Below the pieces are notes generated by a model. It was not told the origin of the DNA and made no database searches. It saw nothing but the letters and a program-made list of their open reading frames with translations. The position numbers and the translations under genes are program-made. From NCBI GenBank assembly GCA_051362555.1, contig CM120642.1, positions 6,634,001 through 6,698,000 on the forward strand: a DNA stretch of 64,000 bases, in the 5' to 3' direction. Below, one piece after another: positions 25,949 to 40,400 of this stretch (positions within the stretch are counted from its first letter, which is position 1; every line of letters starts with the position of its first letter). This stretch comes from Lingula anatina. Taxonomy: Eukaryota > Animalia > Brachiopoda.

Positions 25949-27236
25949 TGGGATACGCATAAACAGGAATCGGATAAATCCCCTTGCAAATATCGGTGTA
26001 CGAGGTTCTGACATAATTGACACATTTTAGGCCGCTGTTCTACAATGGGGTCACAGCTAATTTAATGTAGCTATTAGAAACTCCTGCTTGTTGACTTCTG
26101 GTAGCCTGCAGAGATGACATATTGTTTCATTCGTGTTGATACATTTATCTACGCTGGAATTGAAGACCACCTCACGAGTTGAATACTATAACTTCCACAA
26201 AGATGCTCGAGCAAGGCACTCGATTAGTTTCAATGTGAAACTGTGATTTTTTTCCGCACCACGGTGAATGGCAATCGACAAATTGCTACCAATTGGCTCT
26301 AAGGCAATATAAGAGAATAATTTGCTTCTAGTGCACCAATATATTCATGAAAGTAAACTATACCTGATTAAATAAATAATAGAATTGGATGAAGCAGACA
26401 TTTCGAACAGCTATTTATGTACGCAATCATTTTCCAATCTGCTTTTCCTGATTTGATGCACCAATATCAATTAGGTTGTAACATCAATAATACATCATAC
26501 ATTATTGTTTATATTATCACAACAGCCCCATAACTCTCGACTGGTTAAAATGTAAGACTTCATTTAACTCCCTTACTTGAAGCCCTTGCATTCTGTGTTC
26601 TAATATCTGAATTACGTATTAATACTGCTTAACAAATCAGAGTGCAGTGGATCTAAGATATTCTGCATTGGTCTATTCAACGCCACACTAGACAGCAACT
26701 TGAACGGGGCAATTTGACCTCTTAGATGGCACATGTACTTTTTCAGTAAAGCTGAAAGACTATAACGATTCAAACTTTCAAGATTAAATTGTAGAATTAA
26801 GTAAGAAAAAAAAAACAAAAACAAAAACAAAAAAAAAAAACAAAACAAATAGAACAATGGAATAGGCGCACCCTTAGCCCTAAGGTTACGGTAGTATAGA
26901 ATACATGTATATTAGCCTCAACAAGTTAACTACCGGTAGCCACATATTTATAGCCTTACATAACCGAGTTAACGAGTAAGTTAAATTGATTGAGATTGAA
27001 TTTTACAAATTCGTATGGGGATCAAACCTTGATAGAATGGTTACTTAAGATTACATTTCAGGGGAGGGGGGCTTAAGATGATAAATTATGTTATATTACA
27101 CCATGAAAATCTCGTGGCTGAAAAGATTGATTAGTGGATATTAAACATGAACCAACAGACCACTTTAGATGCAAAAATATACGTAACTCGCTTAAAGTTG
27201 GTGATGTCGTTGACATGGCAGACCGAATCAAATATA

Positions 27237-27400
27237 CACTCTTGCCCAAAATGGTTGGTACACGGACATTTTGGGATGCATATCGCCCTGTTTCTTTCAT
27301 TATTATTGATAGTACCAAATTAAAACTGTTTATATTGTTAAATATGTGAAGCTGGAGGATTGGTTAAGTCAAGGAGAAACAACCATTTTGGGCAAGAGTG
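27237..27400. mobile_element. Tc1/mariner-type MITE (164 bp)
   Basis: Perfect 21-bp TIR CACTCTTGCCCAAAATGGTTG / CAACCATTTTGGGCAAGAGTG flanked by TA on both sides. Confidence 0.85.
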
Positions 27401-30400
27401 TATCTTTGGTTTAACACTTCGTGTCTCGGGCAAATTTTATGAAAAATCCAAAGGTAAAGGATACTACGCAAAACTCAGATACCGTATACCACTGTGGTAT
27501 AATTCTGCCGTAAAGATTAACAATAAGTCTATATCTATCATCGGCACACGATAATGATAAAAGTTATTGGGGATATTCTAGATAATCGTGGAGAAGTAAA
27601 GAGTAAATAAAGTTAAGAATTGAAGCTTGTTGAAAGAGAATTTCCACTATAGTCTTGTTAATAGATTGGCTAAGGCATTTTTTCTTTTGGGACAATTTGA
27701 AAATGAAAAACATAACATAGAGCTCACTTTGTAATATGGGTTTCATTTCAAAGGCCTGATGTTGAATACGAAAGGTAATAGATACATTTATAATCTGAGC
27801 CAAAGGCCAAAAAATCCAATTTGGCTGCACCCACCGTCAGGCAAAGGCTTTATGATTGATTATGGTAGTTAATAACCTGTATTTTTCATTTCTGCTCGTT
27901 TCCGGTTTGAAAAAGTGTCCGTTTGTACCCGTTTTGATGGATTTTAATTAGTGGAACTCTTTATTTTCAATTAATACCAGTTACTTTATCTTAAAATTGT
28001 ATATTTGAATATAGATGTCTCTTATCAAAGATGGCCACCACATGAAATTGACTTTTTCTTTTGGTGTGTCAACAAGACCTTCTTACTATAAACATATCAG
28101 ACTATTTAATGAAGGATTTATGTCACAAGTTGTGATGAAATGTATGACTGAATAATTTAAACACTTTTGAGACTTTGAAAAATCCAAAATGGCTGCCAAT
28201 TTCTGGATTCAAAACAAACAATGTTGAAAAACATCAAATATAATGATAAGCAATTTTAAAACATATATATGTTGATAAATTTATCTGTATTGCAATGTCC
28301 TTTTGCTACTTAGACACTTTATTTGCCAATAAGTGGTTATTTTAGCTTCATTTATCATGATTTCAAGATAGTCATCGATAAAAATGAACTGCAGGCTACC
28401 CGTGTGGACAATACCACATGTTGTGAGCCTTACTAAAATACATTTTGTATACTCGAAATGGGTGTGTATATCGTACTTTTCTCAGGGGTTTTTAATAGAA
28501 CAAACCTTGGGCAAATTCCTGGAATCTCCACAAAAAACACATTTGCTATATAAAGGCCTGGCGCACAAAGCATGTCTTTACCAAGGTTTTAAATGGCGTC
28601 ACATTACACCAAAAGCTATAGATGTATATATAGCTGCAGCAAAGCTGGGCTTCTTAGCATCCAATATAGACTCACGCAAACAATGGAATCAGCTTGCTTT
28701 CATGACATTTACAACGATTTTTTTGCTTCGATAGTTCCCGTACTATTTCTTGCCTAGAACACTCATTATACATATAACTGCATTTCATTTAACAATTTAT
28801 GAAGATACAATAAACACAATTCCCACTAGCAGAAAAACTATTTTTATGTAAATCAAGAGATAAAAATTAACAAACTCTTTATATAACATAAAATAATTTG
28901 GCAGATAGAATTTTGCCTAGGTTTCGATTTGTTAAGGTGTTCGTTTAAAGAGAATTGTGTACCTATCTAAAAATATTCGGGAGAGGCTGCAAGACAAAGT
29001 CAAGCAGAACATGTTATGCCATCTTTTGCACATGCAGATAAATCCAAAACACATGTCTGAAACTAAAGTATTATCCTAGCGTATGGGATTAAGGAGAAAA
29101 AAAGTTAACCGCAAACGTAGTTCTGTTTTGATCCAGACTTTATGAAACATAGGCCTACATTGAGTACCAACGATGTGGAATGATCAGCAAAGCAATTACT
29201 TAGATCAACTTGATTTGGTTTTATTATAGTCTGAACCAGAAATAGGGTAAACCGAGATCAAAACCGACCCGTGCATGTGAAACTAGTCCAATTAGCTTTG
29301 TTCTAGTCCAAATCAGGCTTTGGGTAAAACTAGATTACATGAGCAAAACATATTTCTGAAATTGGCCAAAGTTGAAAACCCAGATTAAGGTAAAACTTGA
29401 TCAAAACCGAGTCATGTAACTGTAATTGGCTCATATTTCCACACTGATTTCAAGGCCAAACGTAAACACGATGTCAAGATAACCAGTTATAGGGCTATTT
29501 CATTTACTTGACACCTGACTTAATTATAAGGCATTAAAATTGTGGTTTAAGCAAAAGATTCATCTACGTAGCTTTATATGTTTGACATCCTTTATATGAT
29601 TTCTTATGATCTGATGGTTACATGTCACACACAAATCATCTGAGATTCTTTGTACCGTAAGCTTTTATGTGCATTCATACAACTTAATAAAACGCATATA
29701 GATTGAAATAATCATTTGGAATGTATAATATGGTTCATACTTCCTGTAACGCAATTAATATAAACGTACCACCATCTGAAGACTGCAAAAATATACTTTT
29801 TACAAGCGGATGCAGCTCTCAATATCGTAACTGAAAGAAAGCCTTTCATCGACATACGTGCATTTTAAAGTCTGGGTCTGCGCTGCAATTTTAGCTGGCG
29901 CAGGAAATTAGAAACTGATTAGAAAGATCTTGAAGCTACATTGTGCCCGTAGTGCTTCCGAGAGGATCCAATGACAATCGTTCGAGGAACTAATTATGTC
30001 AGACTCATGCTGAAATTTTCCGTGAGCAGTGTCAATGTGACCAAATGAAATAAGGAAGACAGAATGACCCGAAGTTGACATGTGACGAAATACAAATCCC
30101 CATTGGCAAACACGGTAAAACCAAGCATTAAGATGTTGTATATTTTGATGACGGACTTGGCATCTTTCCCAATTGTGTTTCAGAAACTGATTAATCATTC
30201 AGTGGAGTGTGTTTGTTACTCTCTTTTGCGACATAAGCCAATTTTATTTCAGAAATTAATCAGATAAAACATTAAAGAGTTCAAACATATCGACCTCGTT
30301 ACATTAGCCATTTGAGTATTAGCCTTCTACTTATGTAATTTAAAACTGCATCATTAAAAAAACAAGTACACATTTACCTTTACTGCACGTTTCTTGAAGA

Positions 30401-33400
30401 CATCCGCCGAGACATTACATTTAAAAAAGAGAAGCTGGGATCGGATTAAAAAAACTACAAAACTTTTGCAAAGAATATCATAATTGACTTATCGACTTGT
30501 TATTAAAGATCACTACTGACAGAATATTCAAAAGTAGAGCAAGGTGTCGGTTTACTAATAATACAATGTACACTTGACTTGACCTGCTTGACTGCGTGAT
30601 TTCCTGTCAACAACAACCCTGCTATGTCGACATTGTGTTTATGTTATCTCTCAGCAAAATGAAATTAGACACTTTAGTTATTTGCTCTAATTCTACAAAA
30701 AATCAGTGTTGATTTTTGTTATTTCGACTTTCGCATGTTCGCTTACCAATTGGTATGCAAAAGGCCAACAAAATCTTGATATGTCTTCAAAGATGTGCCT
30801 ATCTTTTAAGAACAGAAACAAAGGTAAAATTGGGTATATTTGTTCACATTTATGCCAAGTCAGATGTGAAATTAATATGTTATCTATTCTCTAATGGTCC
30901 AGACAACATGTTGCCCTTCTGATACAGATCGACTGTCATCCGTTTTGTCTTCTTCGGTTGATTTTCAAGCAAATACTAACATAAAACCGCTAGAGCATTG
31001 GCCAGTTTGAAGAGGAACCAAGAACAATATCAATTTACTTTTCACACCTAGCGACTAAGATTACAGATCACCCCATTTACCTCCAGTCAAATGAGCTCCA
31101 GCACTTTAAGCACCCGATCAATCAGGCCAAGAAAACAGCTCTTATTCGCCAAGGGGTATAGAGTTTCGTCTTAGTTAATATCTTGAAAAACATTATTCTT
31201 TTGTACCCTGGAACCATTGGATTGAAGTCGTATCGGGTTGTAGGGAGAACGTGAAAAAATGAAAGAATGGATGCGGCAAAGCCTCTTTTCACATTGGTAC
31301 TTACAAAGAATATTCTTAACACAGACAGTTGAATGATATCTCTCGATAATTCTCGAGAACAGAGCTCAGCACCACGTTCTAAAGCAAGATGTTGATTTAA
31401 CATTTTTATTTTTCAAAATTCTTAAAATGTCACATAGAAATTGTCAAATGTCAAGAATGTACTCGGTCAGCTATGAACAAACATTAAAAAAAGTATATAT
31501 TATAAGGATTTTGCACAAAGAGAGACTTTGTTATTTTTTTCCTAAGACCAAGCAAACTTGGCACATTATTTATTGCCGCTATAAATCCCCATCAGTCTTC
31601 ATCGTTGCCCGACGAAGTGTTATTAATATGCTGCCTAGCCAAGCAGAAGCCTCGGAAATCAAAACTCCTAATGAAAAATTATGGTGCCTACCTCCATAAA
31701 GGCCAACATCATCTTAGACGAACTGCGTTAAAATATTCGACTCAAGGGTAATTTTCCGTTTACCCGTGCCATTCAGCCTTAAATGACAGATACATTCAGA
31801 GACAAACTTTTCCACCTGAGTTCAACCTGGTATGTATTGCCTCTACGCGGTCATAAAATACTGATCAAAAGACACACAGCGTAACACCAAAAAGAAAAAT
31901 TAGTTATTAACAACTCGCAACATGCATCACCAAAACAAAAACAGAAAAGAATATGCAATTGCTTTTCGTGCCAACTGTACAGGTGATGAAATCTGAATGG
32001 ACAATATTATGCAACCATACATTATTAAAGTAATTAGCCATACATGAACGATTCTGCGTCTTCTTCGATGCGTTAGTTGAGACAGCTGAGAGATGAGAAT
32101 TCCTTTTCTAAATGAACGCCTATCGCAATTACTAGCATGACTGTTAACCTCAAACTGTGCAGGGGATTCTCAACTTCAAAATGAGTTTAAACAAGAAAAC
32201 ATAGTGACAGCGAATCAGGGACCCTAAGCATTTAACAAATTTAGGGCTCATTCCCAAATGAGACGATTGTTCTCACCTAAAACCAACATAGAGGTGCAAA
32301 TAAGGTCACAGGCATGCTCTCAAAAATATTGAGTGCACAAATTATAAACTATGTTTGATTATTTTAGGGTCCTTTAAGAAGAAGTTTTTATCAAAGTTTC
32401 ACTCTCCTGAACTATGAATAATAAACAAAATTATTCGTCGTCTAACCCCAAAAAGGGACAAACGTTACTGTCACAAATGCAAACCGTCCAGCTGTGGAAA
32501 CGTTTTACTAACTTTGAAAATTCAATCACTGCTTTTGTTCTTTGATTTATCTCCCACAGGTACACGGTATAACGTTTTAAAATTATGATAATCTTCTGTA
32601 TAGAGCAGTTAATTGTTTTTGGCCAACTTTAGTTTGCTTGTCACTGAATTTTAAAAAAGGGAGGAAAATACATCCTACTGACAGTAAAATAAACATTAAT
32701 TAAAGTACAGTAATTTCCATACGTGGTCCAAATATTGTATCAGAAATGTCATACTATCATGGAATCGAGTGTACAATCTTTATACGGGACTCTCCTGCTC
32801 AACTTACTAGTATGGTTGAGAGCGATGCACTTTTCATGCTTTATGAGCCTACACTGAATGGCCTCATTGTGGGAGACCAATAAATGTCTCTCCGTGGGAC
32901 CTTAATACTTGTGTTAGACGCGCATTGGCTTTAAAATCTGTTGATATTTGATGGAAATCGGTTAAAGGCTAGATTTTGTAAATATAATAATAGCTTACAA
33001 CAACTGTTATATTGAAATAATGCAATGAAAATACATAAATGAATCCACTATTTTAATTTACGTATAATGAACGATGATAGTACGTGTGTGTGCTGAAAAT
33101 TCCACCCAGCTTGTAATTTCGATAGAATTATAAGCTCTTTTTTGCCAGTACTGTACAAGTATAGGGCCTACCAATATCGTCCACTGTTACCTGTACGCCA
33201 TTCTATTGATAACTATACTTGTTTTTATACACTTAATAGTTGTTCAAGGCCACTATAAGAAATGTAATCTGAAGAAGATTCGATATTATCAGAAACACAG
33301 GTGAATATTTAGGCACAGGCAACTTATGCGAGCAGAGAATGAGTGCAGAATCTACCAGTTAAATATATGACGAAGTTTAGACTGTGCACAATCGGCGGGA

Positions 33401-33473
33401 TTAGTCATAAATTTAATTGCATGCTTCACTCATTCTAAGATGCTTAGGACCAGCGTGCTTTTTTATAATTTCC

Positions 33474-33476
<3 letters not shown>

Positions 33477-33536
<60 letters not shown>
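33477..33536. repeat. (AT)n microsatellite
   Basis: Direct observation; similar tracts at about 44710-44779 and 55702-55746. Confidence 0.95.
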
Positions 33537-33539
<3 letters not shown>

Positions 33540-33944
33540 TATTGTAGCTTATCAGTTATGACCCTTTTGTGTACCATTATCATGGGAGGTCTGTCACACG
33601 TGCGTGTCATACGCAATGCATGTAAACAAGCAATACAAAACGGGTCATTGTGATATTACATGTGTCAAGTTTTTGACTATAAGTCGTTTGCTCGTGTGAA
33701 GATACTGGTGCAGTACACTTTACAGTACGTGACAACCTTTATTGTTTGTTTTTACTTGATCGGTGAACCGACTATGTACTTCGTATTCATGAAGTTACAT
33801 TGCCATGATACCATGCGTTAAGTTGGCCTATAAATAAACTGATGTGTCTATAAGTACTACAAGTTTATGTATCTGTAACTTTTATAATGACTCCTTCTCT
33901 CTCTCTCTCTCTCTCTCTCTCTGCCAAAACTTTTAAAAACTCAC

Positions 33945-34315
33945 CAGGTCTCTTCACTGTCAAAGCCGGCATTTGTACATGTATCCTCATCACTGTCATC
34001 ATCGTCACTCGAACATAAGAGATTTTGTTCAGACTTCCAGTCTCTGTGCTGAGGAGCTGACAGCTTTCTGTATCCCCTTAATACGACCGTCATGCTCTCC
34101 CTGGCTCTGCCGAGCGTCTTTAAGGCCACCTTAAACGACGGTCGTCGACCAAACTGGCTCTGACTACGGCGTCTTGAGACCCTTACCGGCTTCACTCGTA
34201 TGTTTACCTTATTCGGCGACATTTGGGAGTCAACGACAGTCACATTGTCCGTGCTGCCAAAATACACGGCGGCTCTTTTCATTAATCCTCTTTTTAATTG
34301 TTTTATCCGGTCCAT
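33945..34315 (-). CDS. Alternative N-terminal coding exon D (MDRIKQLKRGLMKRAAVYFGS...RRPSFKVALK...SSDDDDSDED...FDSEET, 123 codons + 2 nt)
   Basis: CAAA-ATG-G start; long open frame with protein-like basic and acidic blocks; ends at TG|GTGAGT (phase 2) at 33944. It could alternatively be read as a single-exon 124-aa ORF. Confidence 0.75.
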
Positions 34316-35459
34316 TTTGGCTGTATTCACTTAAAACAGTACCGATCGACAGGTACATATACCGGTGCCTATATGCTAGTGCACTGTATATAGCTTATTC
34401 AGGTATCAAGGTCTAGCTTCGTACTGTACAATGTATATTCCTCTTCTTGTGCCTCTGTCTTCCGTGTCACTGACCACTGTGAAGTTTAGTAATCGTTTAG
34501 AATTAAATCGCCGCTCTATTGGTCCGATCCCTCACCGCTTACACACTTATTTACATTCAGGTGTGGTATATATGAAGATGTATAAAAACTGTGGCGTGAC
34601 AACAGTGAATAAAATAAGGGACTACTACTACGGTAATCAGGACGAGTTTGATGACGGATCTGATAACGGTTAGAAGTTCATTCAATATGTCCAGTCCTTA
34701 TCTGACCGGCACGTAACGGGACAGAATTGTCTGTGAATGATTTAAATTGATTAGTTTTGGAATGAAACTTATCTGCGAGCGCGTGCAAGAACGTGAGCGT
34801 TGGAGTATATGCCAGCACTTAGAGATGCGAGTATGCGCGCGTGCGAATCCACTGTATTTGCACGACTTTATCAAAGCAACCAGTAAAATCGTGTTTTTAC
34901 TTGGTGATATTATAACGTACTGGTGGTACATGTAGCAAATTGAAGGTGCTTCATATACAAAGGCACAAGACATAAAAATATGAATGGAAAATGACAGAAA
35001 CGTGACCGGGATCGTGACATATTTAAAAAATAACTAGTCACAAGCAAGTACCCGTGCATTACATGTACAATCTTTCAATAGACCCACCCGTCATTAGTTT
35101 TAGTTTCATATATATCGATTAACTTATCAAAAGTAATTTTCATTTAAAAGCACTCAAGTATATCATTTTTTCGGTGAGAAGAGGAAATTCCATGGTGCGA
35201 AGTTGCGGTTCGCGTTAAAGTCAATTAAGACTACTTTCGACCGTGTAAACAACGGAACGCAGTGGGCTTAAAACTCCTATTAAGTTCCATTGATAAAATC
35301 TTATTAATCTAGACTGGAACTTATTTTAGGGACTACGCTGTATATGTCGGCCCGGTCATAGTCACTTTATAAATCTGATTATGTTTGTATTGGACAAAGA
35401 TGTTTTTGTCATTTTTACTGGGTCAAACAGATAACAAATAATGCATTTCGCCATTGTAT

Positions 35460-35503
<44 letters not shown>

Positions 35504-38500
35504 AGGGCTAGCTTGATGCTGATTTTAGAAAAAGCTTAATTTAGAAATTTGAAAATTTACCTGGTCACCTGACGTTTACCGCTTGGGGACATACCAGTAC
35601 ATGTGCCCTTTTATTCTACTACGTCACTCAAAACAAGAATGACGTACACGCAAACCATCTTAGACTGACAACTCTTATTCGTCAACAAGGCTATATCTAT
35701 AGTATTATGTATTACTAATCCATGATGTTTTCTAAATATCAAACGGTTTGTTTACCCTATCTTGTAGGTGCAGACAGACTAGAAAAGTACAATAATTTGC
35801 ATTTTTCGTGATTTCGCATATAAACTGAACATCTACCATTGAATATATACATCTTAACAGAAATGAAAGTTTTCACGAAGCAATATAAAGAGGAAGCGTA
35901 TCTCGTTTTCTACAGAGTGCTATTAGATAGTATTCCAGAATAGAAAATATTAAAAACAAGGATACCACCAGAATGTTAATCACTTACTCTCCCATGTTAA
36001 TGCAGGGGTAACAAATAGACTCGTACTATTTTTGACTATAAATTACATTAGTCACCCGCCATAGCATTTCCGAATACCTCATCGACTCTCACGCTCGTGG
36101 GAATTTTAACCGCAAGTGAAGCAAGCAATACTTTTGGTTGCTTGTCACTAAAAAGGCGGGATTCCTGTTTAAGAGATCTGTTATAATTTTAGAATGCATA
36201 TTTTGTGATGACACAACTTCTTTTTTCAGCAATTGAATTATTGTTATTATTGTGACGATAGTGTAATGTTTTGTTGTGTTTTACTTTGTTATTTTTCTAC
36301 GTACAAAAAGATTGTTTACTTTCTAGGATTTCCGTCAGTTATGAATATTTCATAAGGTGAGTAATGTAAGTAGAGATAAATATTAATGTATATACAGTAT
36401 CCATGGAGAGTTGGCACTGTCTCAACTAAGTACTTTAACATTAACCGAACAGCTACTCATTACGTTCTCGTGAATCGGCCCCTATCCATTACTACAAAAA
36501 TTACGTCAACGAACTAAATATAGTTGACACTATAATTGGCAAAGTTGCCCTGTGAAGTTACAGGTATTCCTAATGTGTGGTTGAAAACAACACATTAGGC
36601 TTAGTGATCTTAGGGATCTTTTTTGTGATAGTTGTCAAAGTGAACTGAGGCTAAACGAGCCTAGGGGCCGGTTTCAAATGTGAATTTAATTCCAATAGTT
36701 GATATTAACTTTAAGACCAATATTTTAGTCTATTTGTTCTACAATAAGCCAGGAATAAATGAAATATATAATAAAACAGAACAGGACATACTTAAGTGAA
36801 GTGGATACTGTGGATTTATCCTGAAGGGCAGTAGACCAAACCTTGCCCTTAAACTTTATAGCAATAATCGGGATTAATTTTTTTTTATTGTGGTGTGGAG
36901 CACATACGAGGTGAATGCACCAAAGAATGCGATAGATGAGACAAATGGAGAATGCGCTGGTTGTGACAAGCCGATGCATCTCCAAGGCGGTAAGGGGGCG
37001 TAACAAATCATCCTTGCAATATAATCAGTGTAGCTATGGATGTCAACTCCTGGTAATGTAAATTGTAAATGTGTCGGCGTAGTAATAAATCATTTGTCTT
37101 GCTGTAGCTGTCAGGGGAAAGTCTACTAACTATTTCATATCCAGTGACATTACATGGTTAATTGGCGATAACAGATTTCATTGCGTTATGCAGCAGACAA
37201 GAACTGTACAGACATATGGGTAATTAACTAAGTAATAAGTCAAATGACCCAAGATTATTTAGATTATTACATTCTGTTAAATTCTGTTATAACATCCTCA
37301 TAGTAGAATTTACATATCACACACTATGCAAAAGTAGCATTCACTTGATTGTTCACATATTTAATACTTAAAAGTATATTATTTACGCATTCTGTGCTAG
37401 CTTTATAACTTTTATCATACTGATTTATTGCAATATACTTATCATTACTATATTATCATTATTATTAGAATTACTTATCAGATCCTTGTTTTTTCATCAG
37501 ATTCATACCTCTTACAAAGTGCAAACATTACGAAAAAATACACACAGAATATTACAATAACAGTCCAAATGATCACACGCATCTCTTTTTAAAAACCGAG
37601 ATTTTTCAATTCTTTTATTGCAAGATGAATTGGTTAAAAACAGTTATAGATAAACAGGCACGGAAATAGACACATCAAACATGACCAAACGGAGGCAACG
37701 TTGCGCTTTAAACAAAAACTCAACACCAAAAAACTTGGTGCACTCTCAATCCAAGCTCTAAAATGATACTCTCGTAGATAAATGTGTAATTCGCATTATA
37801 ATGAGTTCTAAGCGCGGAATAAACAATCCCCGGATTTGACCGTGAGTATATGAAAATGGGGCCTTTATTCGACTACCCGAGAATGGACCGAATTTCTTAA
37901 AAGTACTCTCTCTTATGTAAAAGGGGTGTTTTCATTATGAGTCGACTTGAGAAGGATGAGAATGTGTCAGGTTGGATTAAAGGACTAACTAGATGGTTGG
38001 ATTCGTTTATTTTAAACAACACATTTTAGTTAGATCCTACAGTCCTAATACCCTCAACCAGGGCCTCAGCAAAAATATCCACAGAATAATAACTGCTGCC
38101 CTGGTAGAGGGTAGAGATAAGCCATCTATTTAACCAGAGACATATCTGTTAATATCTAGTGAAAAATCAATATGCGGCCCTGGCAGAGGGTACAGTCCTA
38201 TAGTCTGGATGACTGGTGCTATATTTTGGCCAAATTGCTCAAAATGTGGAAAAAGCATGAAACTTGGCACAAATGTTCTTTGGTCTATGCTGATCATTTT
38301 CAAGGGCAGTGCCCAAAATTTCAAAGCGTTGCTTAGCAACCATTGCTATGGAAGTGGATTTCCTTAGTAACAAGCTAATTAGACCTTTCTTGTCCAGTTT
38401 AAATGGTTTAGAAATGCTAATAACTATGTTTCAGGCATCAGAACTATCACTAGACTATTTTAAGGCAATTAAAACTCAAATTAACCTTAGCCACGATTGC

Positions 38501-38773
38501 TAGGCAGCATATTACCCTAGCAACAAGCATTTAAAGTTGCGTTAGTCTATTAAGTAAGGCAAATCTATAATACTAGCTAAGAACTACACTTTTGAGCAAG
38601 ATGTTCATACTTTTAATCCAGTAAGTTGAAACATTTGTGTGTTTACACACATCCGATCAAATACATTGCCAGTGCAGATACTTAAAGCAGCATGTTCAAA
38701 GTTCGTAACCAGCCATTTCCATGCTTTTATCACCTTACGACTCTTTATAAAACTTTGTAATAGTTAAGATGTT

Positions 38774-39065
38774 AAATTCTCCCTTGTATGTGCAATATAC
38801 AGTGCATTTTGCCCTTGCACATTGTCAGCCTCTACATCTGCACCTACATGCATACTGGAGCAACTCTGGGCAGGTCAATAGCTTCTGGCAAATGTGTCCA
38901 CAAGGGTCCACGCACAAGTCCAACCAGAGTGAGCACATGTTATCTGATGACACGGCACCGTAGTGCTGATTCAGATATCTTCATCTCGCAAGAATACTCT
39001 TATATTGTTGTAGAGCAGCCTTGGTGGAAGTAAGATATGGCATCTAACGGCCTTTGGGTGTGAAC
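38774..39065 (-). pseudogene. Frameshifted C-terminal remnant of an AcademX-like transposase (Cys-rich tail)
   Basis: Pieced across frames: TKAALQQ ... SGWT ... LWTHLPEAID / CPELLQYACRCRCRG*QCARAKCTVYCTYKGE, resembling the recalled pattern LPPT.AAL.QH..R ... WGW ... W.PLWT.LPEA...C.EL..C.C...C...C.C......CT..C.C.G. Confidence 0.6.
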
Positions 39066-39109
39066 AGAAACTTTTGAACTTCATTGATTAACAAAAAGAA
39101 TTAAAATAG

Positions 39110-40400
39110 AACCATGCAGGTGTATTTAAGTTACTTGGTAGAGAATAGAAACTGACAAGATACAATCTGACAAAACTTTTAGAAAATATTGAACAAAATG
39201 AAAAATATCTTGGAAAGCTGGTCTCTGAGAAACCTTTCAATAATAGGAAAGTCAACAGTGGTTCAACCTTTAGTATTTCTCATCTTACGTAGTGCATGTA
39301 TAAACTCTCCTACCAGCCCTCCCTCAATACTTAAAAATATGCATATCATATTTAACTTTATCAGGAATGGAAAAGATACAAAATAAAATGAGCAAGGATG
39401 GCGTCTGATTACAAAAATGGACGGTAAAAGGTACCGCAAATGAAAATTTTACCAAGGCCCTAAACTTTACATGGCTTAAAAGACTTCTTTATGAAGAAAA
39501 TAAGAGTAAGTGGAGAGCGTTTTTCTCGGCGAAATGCCAGGAATCGGTAGTAACAAAAGGTGGATTAAAAATACTAAAAGCAACTTCTTATCCCTTTTGG
39601 CAAAGATTATTGGTTCTTTGAGTGAAATTCAGGAAGATTTCAATTTAACCCCAGATGAAATCCTATCACAACCATTATGTCAAAACTCAAAAATTGAAAG
39701 AAATTGAAAAACTATTTTCCATAAAAGATGGTGTAAAAATGTTTATTTTTTTACATCAGTGATATTATAAATGACATTTGAAATCCCCTCTGTCTAGAGG
39801 AAATCAACAAAAAATCAACCTTAATACTAACTTTCTGGGCTCATTCAGCATCCTAAAGAGCTTACCATCTGAGTGGCTATCTCTTCCCATGGAAGGAAAT
39901 TACTCATAGCATTCCAAGAAATAATTGACTCAATTAAACAAGTTACCAAACCATCCAGATATTTTTTTTGCATAAAATCTTCCAAGCCATATAATATCAC
40001 CAGATAAAGATGTAGGTGAATGGCAGACATATTTAAAAAAACCTTGAGTACTGATAATTGGGAACTAACATTTAAGAAACGGATCACAAGAAAATGAAGT
40101 TGCTCCAATTCAGAATTAATCATAGAATATTCAATACTTATGCTTATCTCATGAATTTGAGAATTTTGCAATATTGCTAGGGAAAATATTCTGTACGTTT
40201 TTTGGGATTGTCCACATGTAAAAAAATGTTTGGATGTGCATCATTTGCCCCGCTAAAGATAATTTAGGTGTGGTCATTGATAGATCTCCGGAGATATTTG
40301 TATTTGGGTTTGTGCAAGCATACACTATTTATGTACCTATCTTAATAATTAAGAAACATGTAAGTATATGTAGAATGGGAACAGAAAGATGGGAAGGGAC
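39110..40400 (+). mobile_element. Decayed 3' fragment of an L1/Tx1-type LINE ORF2, nested in the Academ-like element
   Basis: Colinear but frameshifted post-RT motifs: KMKNILESWSLRNLSIIGK, FNFIRNGK, FTWLKRLL, LQFRINHRI, and a zinc-knuckle remnant ENILYVFWDCPHVK. Confidence 0.8.

Noticed and set aside
27564-27830. NWIFWPLAQIIN resembles an Mpv17/PMP22 motif
   Set aside because: No acceptor or other exons; the rest of the ORF is unrelated; it lies in an AT-rich, repeat-like block.
31305-31403. Minus-strand ATG exon candidate MLNQHLALERG...RIFF|GTAAGT
   Set aside because: Phase 0 with poor exon-side bases (TTT|GT); no partner exon seen.
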